In this document: in pieces, positions 38,568-50,733 of the stretch
Position numbering within the stretch: the first letter of the stretch is position 1
Layout: each line of letters opens with the position of its first letter
NCBI GenBank assembly: GCA_040285825.1
Contig: JAUPSS010000011.1
Location: 941,658 to 1,005,657, forward strand
Direction of reading: 5' to 3'
Length of the DNA stretch: 64,000 nt
Source of the DNA: Eukaryota sp. TZLM1-RC
Taxonomy: Eukaryota; Protista; Metamonada: BaSk clade
Notes under the pieces: generated by a model
Databases searched by the model: none
Seen by the model: the letters and a program-made list of their open reading frames with translations, nothing else
What the model was told of the DNA's origin: nothing
Translations under genes and position numbers: made by a program

Positions 38568-40405
38568 AATTGTCACGAAAATAGTTGCATTTTTAATCTT
38601 GATTTCAAAAATGCTTTCAATTCAGTGAAAAGAGATTCAATTTGGAAAGAAATCAAATCAAATTTTCCTGAACTCGAAACCTTTTTTTTATAGGTTTTAT
38701 GGTAATTCATCTGATTTAATTTTTAATTCTTTTAATCTGGATTCTTTATCAGGAGTTAAACAAGGAGACCCTTTAGGTCCTTTCTTTTTTTGTCTTGCAA
38801 TTCACCCAATTTTGAAAAAATTAAAAGAAGAAAATTCTGACCTTCAAGTGGTAGCTTACATGGATGACATTTCTAGTATTGGTCCAGAAAGTACAATTAA
38901 TAGGGTTGCTAATGAAGCTGCTACATTATACCAATCCATAGGTCTTGATTTGAATGTTCAAAAATGTTTTTGTATTTCTAGAAAAAATGTTAAGTTAATA
39001 ATTAATTCCCTCGAAGTTCCATATATTGATTATACTTCAACTAGTTTCTGCTTTCTGGGTTGCTATTTAGGTTCCGCCGAAAAGACACTTGACAGCCTTG
39101 AAAATTATTTAAATTCAATTAAAAAGAGCTAGAAGTCATAAAGACTCTTGAATTGGAAAAACATCTTAAGTTTTTTCTTTTGAAAATTTGTTATGCTGGA
39201 AAAATTACTCATTTACTGCGATCATTACCTCCATCCCTAACTTACAATTTTTGTAGACAATTTAACAAAATACGTACCCAATTTTTGGCTTATTTAATGT
39301 CTGTTGATCCATCAATTTTGAAAAATCATATTTTTTCTGATGTTCAACTTGGCGGTGTTGGATTCAATTCATCAAAATATTTGACCAAAGCTGCATTTAT
39401 TGGTGGTGGAAAAATTTATGTATTTGAATTCTCTAGAAGATATCCTTTTGCCGAAAATCTTCTTGAAAATACAAATAGCATATTCCTGGATAACTTAAGA
39501 CAAGAAATATCCAGTTTATCTCCCGACTTATGGCAATCATGTTTCCCCATATCCATTCAAGAAATTCCAGACAGAAGTTTATATTCATTTAAATTTGCGT
39601 TGAAAAAGCTCCAACGACATCTTTTGAAAAATTTTGAAAACAAGGATTTTATTGTTCGACTTAGCACGGCTAAGAAAGAAAATCCTGCTTTGCCAATTTT
39701 TGATTGATTTGAAGGACAGTTCATCTGCAGTTTTGATAAATCAAATTCCCCAGATTTATGGTCTATTTTTGAATGACGACCAATGGACCACTGCTATGAG
39801 AATGCGTTGTTATTTATGGCCTTGTAATTTGCCCAATGATTTGTTTTTGTAAATGTGGAGCTGGTTTGACATTATCACATTTATTTAATTGTAATAGATA
39901 TATTTCCTATCGTTCTACGTTGCATGATGCAGTTAGAGATCAAATCCATGCAATGTGTAATTCCTATCATATTGAATCTTTTGTAGAACCTTTGTTGAGG
40001 TCTCTTGATATAAATGAAAGCGTAAGAGATTCAGAATATGGAAAACGACGTGCTGATGTTGTTGTGCCCTCGTTTGATGATGTCATGAATGTTGTTGATG
40101 TCGTAACAGTGGATGTTTGCAAGAAAAATGCCTTGAAAAATGCTCAAGCCGAAGTATCCCCCCTTGATGACTCCGAATTGTACAAACGGAAAAAGTATGC
40201 AAATCCTTTAAAAGAATTGAAACATGTTCGCCATGTAGATTACCAAATTTGCCCATTTGCTATATCGTTGTATGGTCGTCTTGGAAAAACTGCTTTGAAT
40301 TTTATTGATGATTTTGAAAATCTTGTGAAAAAAAGAATGAATAAGCGTTTTGATCGTCGCTTGTGGCTAAAACGTATTGTTTTTACTATTTTCAAATCAA
40401 TTCCT

Positions 40406-42376
40406 TTTTTTAATGCAGAGGAAAATAATTTTATTTTTAATCTCGACTTTAAAAATGCTTTCAATTCTGTAAAACGAGAAGCAATTTTTGAAGTTATTAA
40501 ATCTGATTTTCCTGAGCTATTGAGTTTTTTCTACCATTTTTATGGGAAAGAATCAGATTTAATTTTTAATTCAATTGGTCTTAAATCATCTTCTGGAGTG
40601 AAGCAGGGAGATCCTTTAGGCCCATTATTGTTTTGTTTAGCTATTCACAAAACTTTAAATATCATTAAGCAAAAATACCCTTCTATAAAAATAGTTGCTT
40701 ATATGGATGATATATCCTTGATTGGTTCATTTGATTTACTAGAATTGGTTGCTCAAGAAATTGCCGATTCATATGAAAATATTGGGCTTCATCTTAATGC
40801 CAGCAAATGCCTTCTGATTGGCTCTTCTGCTCAAGACCTCGTGATAAACGATTCTATTGTCCCTTTTACTAATTATAGTAGTGATGCTTTTAAGTTCCTT
40901 GGTTGTTGGTTAGGAAATGTGCCTCAAATTCAGAATGAATTGCAAGTTATTTTGGAAAAAATGAAAATTGAACTTGATTCAATTTCTTCTTTAGATATAG
41001 AAAAGCATATTAAATTTTTCATGCTGAAAATTTGCTACACTGGGAGAATGACCAACATTTTGAGATCTTGTGCTCCTTCCATAGCATTAGATTTTTGTCG
41101 TTCTTTTAATTCATTGAGAACAGAATTTTTTGCTGATTTATTGGATGTAGAACCAGGAATGTTGAAAAGCCATTTGTTTTCTTCAGCAAATTTGGGTGGT
41201 ATTGGTTTTACTAAATCTTCAATTTTGTGTCAATCAGCATTCTTGGGTGGTGGCAAAAATTTTATTTATGAATTTTCTCGTAGATTTCCTGATGATTCTC
41301 ATCTGTTAGTCCCCAATTGTAGTCCCTATTTGTATGAGTTATCTTGTGAACTTGAAAAATTACAGCCACAAATTTGGACCAAATGTTTTCCTCAATCAAT
41401 TCAAGAAATTCTAAACCGATCTCTATTTAATTCACAGTTTTGCTGTAAAAAGCTTCAACAAAAATTGTCAAAGATTTTTGAAAGCTTGGATTTTGATGTT
41501 AGACTTGGCTTGGCCAAGAAAAAGAATCCCGCTTTTGCAAATCTTTTACAAGATATGTGTGACAGTACTTCCTCTGCCTTAATAACAACAATTCCACAAG
41601 TTTATGGTACTCTCTTATCCGATTCTGCTTGGACTCTGAATATGAGATTTCGTTCCTTTATCTGGCCTGATAATTTACCTCATAATTTAATTTGTAAATG
41701 TTCTCGAGAAATTACAACTACTCATTTGCTAAATTGTAAACATTTTATTACTTTTAGAAGCAAGGTTCATGATGCTGTAAGAGACCAGTTATATTGTATG
41801 TGTAAATCTCATAGAATTGAATCCTTCTTGGAACCTTTGTTGTCAAATCTGTTTGATGCTGAAAATGATTTTCATAAGAATAATAGAGGTGATGTCATAT
41901 TACCTGGATTAGATGGAAGCTTCATTTTATTGGATGTAATGTCTGTTGATCCTTGTAATGCCTCAAATGAAAGGCTTGTTAATTCTGAAATTCATAATCC
42001 CCTTTCAAATGCTGAAAATTTTAAATTCAAAAAATACAATGAACCTTTGTCCAAATTGGCCAGTCTACAGCATGCAAAATACAATTTGTATCCATTTGTA
42101 TTTTCCCTTTTTGGTTCACTAGCACCAACTGCTTTACGTTTTTTGGATGATTTTGAATTGATTGTAAAGAGAAGAACTGGCAGAAATTTCAACAGATTGT
42201 TTTGGCAAAATAGAATTGTGTTTTCTATTTTTAAGGGGATGTTGAAGATGGTTTCTGATGCTTTGCTTTCTCTTGGATCTCACTATGAGAGAGTTGCATC
42301 TAGTGTTTTTGTTTTGGGGGAGATGGATTTTTTAGATGTTGATTTATAGGTTTTGAATAAAATTAAATTTAAAAAA
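40406..42376 (+). mobile_element. Family B element, 5'-truncated (~1.97 kb), reading frame uninterrupted
   Basis: C-terminal ~647 aa of ORF 39836-42349; TSD AATTCCT (40399-40405 / 42377-42383). Confidence 0.93.
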
Positions 42377-42668
42377 AATTCCTAAAATGATTTCGAAAGC
42401 TTTAATGTCTGTCAGTGCACATTATGAAAACATTGCTGCTGTAAGGTTTGATGGTGTGGAAGCTTGTTTTGAAGATATTGACTTTTAGACTGTGGTTTTG
42501 AAAATAAATTAAAATTTTAAAAAAAATTATTTCAAATTCTTTTTTTCCATATTTTTGAAGTTGCTTTAGGAGAATTTTTCCCTCATTTTTTCATTCAGCA
42601 GGAATCGAAAACAAACAAGACGCTATTTGTTTTCATTTGCTCTTATCTTATATTATCATTAACATAAT

Positions 42669-43639
42669 TGGTCTCAATACCAAATTGGAAAGGCTTCAAA
42701 TAGTCCCTTGCTTTAGTAGAAATTCTGTTAAAAATAAGTGAAGAAAGCAATCTGGTGAAAATGACTCTCCAATAGCAACAGAGGAAAACACTGAATCCAG
42801 ATATCACTAGGCAAATTTTCTAATTCAAATTGCAGTTGATTCAAGTAAAAATTTGATTCACCATTGATCAGGTGAACATCAAAAGGGAACCTTTGGCAAA
42901 ATTCAAAAACAAAATTTTTACCACCTCCCAAAAATGCTGCTTTACACAGAATCGAAGATTTGGTGAATCCAATGCCACCCAAAACACGATTGAAAATTCT
43001 TCCAGTTCTTTCCTTTACAACTACAACAAAATCCTCAAGGAAAGCCATAGCAGCCTTACCTAGAGATCCAAGCAAAGAAAAAACAAATGGACATAAATTA
43101 TATTGGGCATGAGAATTTTCATTAAACGAGGAAATGGGTTTCGCATATTTAGCAATTTTATATTTTTCGCCTGCAAGAAGAGGATTATTTACATCCAAGT
43201 TAATGAGATGTTCGTTAGAGGAATTACAAGGGTCAATAGACATGGCGTCCAAAATAGTAAAACTACCATTTAAACCAGGAACAACTAGATCACCTCTAGT
43301 CAGACCCATAGAAGTTCTGTTGTAACACGTACTATCAATATTGGGATCATCAAGAATTAATTTTGATAACAGCGGTTCCAAAAAGGAATCTACTCTATAT
43401 GATTTGCACATTACATAAATTTGGCACTTTGCTTCTAAACGTAATGAAATGTTTGCAGTTCAAAAGATGAGTAAACAAAAGAGGTTTACCACATTTACAA
43501 GTTAAATGATTGTGCAAATTGTTTGGCCACAGAAAACAACGAAAACGCATGTTTAGAAGCCATTCATTGTTTTTTAACAAAAGTCCATAAACAGAGGGAA
43601 CTTGAGTTACTAAAGCAGCAGCTGAACTATCACGAATAT
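42669..43639 (-). pseudogene. Scrambled, more diverged family C fragments
   Basis: RLE segment joined back to LGGIGF (~42980), then to the RPIAIGE region (~42780); a short deletion near 43422. Confidence 0.75.
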
Positions 43640-44755
43640 TTTTTTTTAAATTTAATTTTATTGTAAACCTCAATTTATTGAATTTGCACACTTGATTAAA
43701 TTAAATCATAACTAATGGGACGACTATCATTAAACCAAGATTTCCTCTACATAATCTTGATTTGCTTGCTGTCTAGCTAAAGCTTCTCTAATTCGATTGA
43801 AAAACCGCGGTAACCTATTAATAATGGCAAATTGAATCCGTGAACGCCATAAAAAAATATCAAATCTTTTCATTGTTTTTTCTTTCACCATTTTCACCAT
43901 TTTCACCATTTTTTCTAAACCTATAAATCAACATCTAAAAAATCCATCTCTCCCAAAACAAAAACACTAGATGCAACTCTCTCATAGTGAGATCCAAGAA
44001 AAAGCAAAGCATCAGAAACCATCTTCAACATCCCCTTAAAAATAGAAAACACAATTCTATTTTGCCAAAACAATCTGTTGAAATTTCTGCCAGTTCTTCT
44101 CTTTACAATCATTTCAAAATCATCCAAAAAACGTAAAGCAGTTGGTGCAAGTGAACCAAAAAGGGAAAATACAAATGGATACAAATTGTATTTTGCATGC
44201 TGTAGACTGGCCAATTTGGACAAAGGTTCATTGTATTTTTTTGAATTTAAAATTTTCAGCATTTGAAAGGGGATTATGAATTTCAGAATTAACAAGCCTT
44301 TCATTTGAGGCATTACAAGGATCAACAGACATTACATCCAATAAAATGAAGCTTCCATCTAATCCAGGTAATATGACATCACCTCTATTATTCTTATGAA
44401 AATGATTTTCAGCATCAAACAGATTTGACAACAGAGGTTCCAAGAAGGATTCAATTCTATGAGATTTACACATACAATATAACTGGTCTCTTACAGCAAC
44501 ATGAACCTTGCTTCTAAAAGTAATAAAATGTTTACAATTTAACAAATGAGTAGTTGTAATTTCTCGAGAACATTTACAAATTAAATTATGAGGTAAATTA
44601 TCAGGCCATATAAAGGAACGAAATCTCATATTCAGAGTCCAAGCAGAATCGGATAAGAGAGTACCATAAACTTGTGGAATTGTTGTTACTAAGGCAGAAG
44701 AAGTACTGTCACACATATCTTGTAAAAGATTTGCAAAAGCGGGATTCTTTTTCTT

Positions 44756-47700
44756 TTTTTTGTGAAATTTTAATTTATTTTCAAAACCGCAATCTAAAAG
44801 TCAATATCTTCAAAACAAGCTTCCACACCATCAAACCTTACAGCAGCAATGTTTTCATAATGTGCACTGACAGACATTAAAGCTTTCGAAATCATTTTAG
44901 GAATTGATTTGAAAATAGTAAAAACAATACGATTTAGCCACAAGCGACGATCAAAACGCTTATTCATTCTTTTTTTCACAAGATTTTCAAGATTTCAAGA
45001 TTTAAATATTCCAGTTTAAAAAAAAGATTTTCAAAGTCATCAATAAAATTCAAAGCAGTTTTTCCAAGACGACCATACAACGATATAGCAAATGGGCAAA
45101 TTTGGTAATCTACATGGCGAACATGTTTCAATTCTTTTAAAGGATTTGCATACTTTTTCCGTTTGTACAATTCGGAGTCATCAAGGGGGGATACTTCGGA
45201 TTGAGCATTTTTCAAGGCATTTTTCTTGCAAACATCCACTGTTACAACATCAACAACATTCATGACATCATCAAACGAGGGCACAACAACATCAGTACGT
45301 CGTTTTCCATATTCTGAATCTCTTACGCTTTCATTTATATCAAGAGACCTCAACAAAGGTTCTACAAAAGATTCAATATGATAGGAATTACACATTGCAT
45401 GGATTTGATCTCTAACTGCATCATGCAACGTAGAACGATAGGAAATATATCTATTACAATTAAATAAATGCGATAATGTCAAACCAGCTCCACATTTACA
45501 AAACAAATCATTGGGCAAATTACAAGGCCATAAATAACAACGCATTCTCATAGCAGTGGTCCATTGGTCGTCATTCAAAAATAGACCATAAATCTGGGGA
45601 ATTTGATTTATCAAAACTGCAGATGAACTGTCCTTCAAATCAATCAAAAAATTGGCAAAAGCAGGATTTTCTTTCTTAGCCGTGCTAAGTCGAACAATAA
45701 AATCCTTGTTTTCAAAATTTTTCAAAAGATGTCGTTGGAGCTTTTTCAACGCAAATTTTAATGAATATAAACTTCTGTCTGGAATTTCTTGAATGGATAT
45801 GGGGAAACATGATTGCCATAAGTCGGGAGATAAACTGTATATTTCTTCTTTTAAGTTATCCAGGAATATGCTATTTGTATTTTCAATGTTGTAGACGTTG
45901 TCTCAGTGGATGTTTGCAAAAATTCTGCTGCTCGTTTAGTGTATTCCGCTGACTCGCCGTTATCTAACGCCGAAAAAAAGAAGATAAAAAAATATGAAGA
46001 ACCTTTGGCACAGTTAGGTAGAGTGGAACATGTGAAATATCAGTTTGTGCCGTTTGCAATTTCTCTTTTTGGCAATATTGGACCTTCAGGCTTGCACTTT
46101 TTGGAAAATTTTAAAAAAGTGTTACTGAATAGGTCTGGTAAAACAATGAACTCCACTTTCTGGTTAAATAGAATTGTTTTTTGCATTTTCAAGTCTATTC
46201 CAACAATGATTTCAAAGGCACTTTTAGCTATTGGTGTAGAATATGAACGTAATGCTGTGAGTAGGTTCAGTAATAGTGACGCTTGTTTGGAGGATATTGA
46301 ATTCTAGATGGTTATTTTTATCTCAATAAATATTCCAGTTTTTAAAAAAAAAATTTTCAAGAAGATTTTCGGCAATAAGATATCTTCTAGAGAATTCAAA
46401 TACAAAATTTTTTCCACCACCAATAAATGCAGCTTTGGTCAAATATTTTGATGAATTGAATCCAACACCGCCAAGTTGAACATCAGAAAAATATGATTTT
46501 TCAAAATTGATGGCTCAACAGACATTAAATAAGCCAAAAATAGGGTACGTATTTTGTTAAATTGTCTACAAAAATTGTAAGTTAGGGATGGAGGTAATGA
46601 TCGCAGTAAATGAGTAATTTTTCCAGCATAACAAATTTTCAAAAGAAAAACTTAAGATGTTTTTCCAATTCAAGAGTCTTTATGACTTCTAGCTCTTTTT
46701 AATTGAATTTAAATAATTTTCAAGGCTGTCAAGTGTCTTTTCGGCGGAACCTAAATAGCAACCCAGAAAGCAGAAACTAGTTGAAGTATAATCAATATAT
46801 GGAACTTCGAGGGAATTAATTATTAACTTAACATTTTTTCTAGAAATACAAAAACATTTTTGAACATTCAAATCAAGACCTATGGATTGGTATAATGTAG
46901 CAGCTTCATTAGCAACCCTATTAATTGTACTTTCTGGACCAATACAAGAAATGTCATCCATGTAAGCTACCACTTGAAGGTCAGAATTTTCTTCTTTTAA
47001 TTTTTTCAAAATTGGGTGAATTGCAAGACAAAAAAAGAAATGACCTAAAGGGTCTCCTTGTTTAACTCCTGATAAAGAATCCAGATTAAAAGAATTAAAA
47101 ATTAAATCAGATGAATTACCATAAAACCTATAAAAAAAGGTTTCGAGTTCAGGAAAATTTGATTTGATTTCTTTCCAAATCGAATCTCTTTTCACTGAAT
47201 TGAAAGCATTTTTGAAATCAAGATTAAAAATGCAACTATTTTCGTGACAATTGAAAAACAGATCAGATGTCAAAGCTGCAACTGAAGCTCCATCTATAGT
47301 TTTGATTCCATATTGGAATGGAGAAAAGTATTCTTTAGCTTTTGTTGAAACTCGATTAAAAATTACTGAAGACATCAAGCGATAAATGGCTTCACCAATG
47401 GCAATTGGGCGAACTTTTCCATTAGGTTTAGTTAAAGCCACTAACCGTGATGCACTTAATTCTTAAATTAAAAAAAAATTCTTTGGGTGGAACAATTTTC
47501 ATTGTCAAAACATCTTGAAAAAAGGAACATAAATCTTTAATAATAAAGGCATTTTGGCGGCACACAGATTTCAGCATATCAAAAGTAAAAAAAAAGTTCC
47601 CGATGGACCTGGAGCTTTTCCAGATGGAAGACGGAAAATGGCAGTTTCAACTTCTTTTTCAGAAAGTGGATTTTGTTTCCAAAATTGTGAAGCAGATGGT

Positions 47701-47976
47701 TTATCCAAATTAAGAAATTCAGCTGGATGCAGATCCACTAATTGATTTACAGTTTCATCAGTCACAGGAGCAAGATCAGATGAGAACAGAGCGTTTTTCC
47801 CTGAACCATATCTCCCACGTAGCAAAAGTTTTCGTACAGTCTTATTCTTGGGTTGTTTCTTTGGAGTGAAAACCTTTTGGGGACGAGAACCTGATTTTTG
47901 TTCAAGGAAGAATTTCCAAATAGAAAATATATCCCATTCTCCTTTTTTCAAAGCAAGACTGAATGTTCTAAACGCA
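44756..47976 (-). mobile_element. Family A element, 5'-truncated, with family E and micro-insertions
   Basis: ORFs 47571-47976, 46689-47441 and 44976-45749; 12-bp TSD. Confidence 0.9.
45887..46352 (+). mobile_element. Family E 3' fragment (RLE C-terminus ..DACLEDIEF), sister to family A
   Basis: ORF 45906-46307 aligns to the A C-terminus (VDVCK, KKY..PL, PFAISL.G, WLNRIVF); distinct 3' UTR and A-tail; TSD ATTTTCAA (45879-45886 / 46353-46360). Confidence 0.9.
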
Positions 47977-48005
47977 ATTCTTTTTCTTGGCCAAGCCAAG
48001 TCTAA

Positions 48006-50552
48006 ACAACACAGAAAAACCACCATTACGTTCCTTGCGTTCTGTTGCCCGTTCTATTAACAACTCCGTTTCTCGAAATTTGTTTTCTCCAGCTGAAACT
48101 GCAAAAAGTCAAAAGTCTATTTCTACTTTTAACTCAAAAATTGACAAAATTGAAAGAACTGAAAAAATGAAACCACTGCCATTAAAAGGTTCTAAAAAAT
48201 GTTCAATTTGTGGTATCAGTGGTCATAATTCGAGAACGTGCCCTGAGAAACAAAAAAGAGAATTTGAATTAAAATCTGCTCAACAAATTCTCAAATGTTC
48301 TGTTCCAGCTGTTGCCGTTGTGAAAGGTGCTGAAAATAATGTTTCTGACGATCAACAGTTAAATGCTTCTAGTGTTCCCTCTTCTTCCCCTTCTGAAAAC
48401 AGCAATTTTTGTTGTCCATTTTGCAAAAAAGATGTTGCAGATTCACGAAATGGTCGAAAACTTCTGTTTTGTACGAATTGTAAAGCCGTTGATACCGTAA
48501 GACCCCCGATTCGGATCCCAGTAGAAATAAGTCCCGCCAGCACAATCCCCTTCTCAATGGAAATGAGAAATTTTACTTCTGAATTGAAAAATAGTAAGTG
48601 GAATATTTCATCCTTCTGGAAATATTTTGCTAGAAAAAACAAAAATTGTTTTAAGAAAAATTTTGGAAATAGAAAAATTGTAAAATCAAAAATTTGCCGT
48701 AAATTGTGCTTACGTGGTCGTTATGGTGCCGCAAAGCAGTCTTTGTTTTCCTCTTCTTTGGCTGATGCAAACTCTGATACCCTTGAAAAACTTCAAAAGT
48801 TGCATCCTCAAGAAAATTTCAAGTGCAGCAAGCCTGAAGTGTGTCCTTTTTGGATTGAAAATCCTATTACTGCAATTGAAGTTCTTAAAGCTATTCAAAA
48901 ATTGCCAAAGGGGAAAGCAGCAGGCCCATCCGGAATTTCTTTTGATCTGTTAAAAATAGCGTGTTCCAGTACTCCCGAAATTGCTGATGATCTAGCCCAC
49001 TATTTTCAACAATTGATTGTTTTGAAAATTAATCCTCCATTTGAATTACTCGCAGCACGTCTGATTACTTTAGTAAAGCCTGGAAACGGAATCAAACCTG
49101 ATGGAATACGCCCAATTGCTGTTGGTGAATCTCTTTCTCGTTTGCTAGCATCAATTGTCTTCGATCGTGTCAAAGACAAAGCTTCTACATTTTTGAATCC
49201 TCATCAATTTGGAATCAAAACAATTGATGGTGCTTCTGTTGCTGCTATTGCCTCTGATACCTTTTTTAATGCAGAGGAAAATAATTTTATTTTTAATCTC
49301 GACTTTAAAAATGCTTTTAATTCTGTAATGCGAGAAGCAATTTTTGAAGTTATTAAATCTGATTTTCCTGAGCTATCGAGTTTTTTCTACCATTTTTATG
49401 GGAAAGAATCAGATTTAATTTTTAATTCATTTGGTCTTAAATCATCTTCTGGAGTGAAGCAGGGAGATCCTTTAGGCCCATTATTGTTTTGTTTAGCTAT
49501 TCACAAAACTTTAAATATCATTAAGCAAAAATACCCTTCTATAAAAATAGTTGCTTACATGGATGATATATCCTTGATTGGTTCATTTGATTTACTAGAA
49601 TTGGTTGCTCAAGAAATTGCCGATTCATATGAAAATATTGGGCTTCATCTTAATGCCAGCAAATGCCTTCTGATTGGCTCTTCTGCTCAAGACCTCGTGA
49701 TAAACGATTCTATTGTCCCTTTTACTAATTATAGTAGTGATGCTTTTAAGTTCCTTGGTTGTTGGTTAGGAAATGTGCCTCAAATTCAGAATGAATTGCA
49801 AGTTATTTTGGAAAAAATGAAAATTGAACTTGATTCAATTTCTTCTTTAGATATAGAAAAGCATATTAAATTTTTTTATGCTTAAAATTTGCTACACTGG
49901 GAGAATAACCCACATTTTGAGATCTTGTGCTCCTTCCATAGCATTAGATTTTTGTCGTTCTTTTAATTCATTGAGAACAGAATTTTTGCTGATTTATTGG
50001 ATGTAGAACCAGGAATGTTGAAAAGCCATTTATTTTCTTCAGCAAATTTGGGTGGTATTGGTTTTACTAAATCTTCAATTTTGTGTCAATCAGCATTCTT
50101 GGGTGGTGGCAAAATTTTATTTATGAATTTTCTCGTAGATTTCCTGATGATTCTCATCTGTTAGTCCCCAATTGTAGTCCCTATTTGTATGAGTTATCTT
50201 GTGAACTTGAAAAATTACCGCCACAAATTTGGACCAAATGTTTTCCTCAATCAATTCAAGAAATTCCAAACCGATCTCTATTTAATTTACAGTTTTGCTG
50301 TAAAAAGCTTCAACATAAATTGTCAAAGATTTTTGAAAGCTTGGATTTTGATGTTAGACTTGGCTTGGCCAAGAAAAAGAATCCCGCTTTTGCAAATCTT
50401 TTACAAGATATGTGTGACAGTACTTCTTCTGCCTTAGTAACAACAATTCCACAAGTTTATGGTACTCTCTTATCCGATTCTGCTTGGACTCTGAATATGA
50501 GAGTTCGTTCCTTTATCTGGCCTGATAATTTACCTCATAATTTAATTTGTAA
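48006..50552 (+). mobile_element. Family B element lacking both ends; N-terminal region in frame with RT
   Basis: ORF 47987-49885: CSICGISGHNSRTC knuckle, C4 finger, RT through YMDD. Confidence 0.9.
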
Positions 50553-50733
50553 TTTTTTTTAAAATTTAATTTTATCCTAAACCTTTAAATCAATATCTAA
50601 AAAATCCATCTCTCCCAAAACAAAAACACTAGATGCAACTCTCTCATAGTGAGATCCAAGAGAAAGCAAAGCATCAGAAACCATCTTCAACATCCCCTTA
50701 AAAATAGAAAATACAATCCTGTTTTGCCAGTAA

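Larger units (their letters stand above)
36529..42525 (+). mobile_element. Family A element (RT to tail) split by C and B insertions
   Basis: Pieces 36529-36695, 38568-40405 and 42377-42525 rejoin across two TSDs. Confidence 0.9.
43640..48005 (-). mobile_element. Family B 3' fragment hosting D (43671-43912) and A (44756-47976) insertions
   Basis: TSDs TT(G/C)TAAACCT (43661-43670 / 43913-43922) and ATTCTTTTTCTT (44744-44755 / 47977-47988). Confidence 0.85.
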
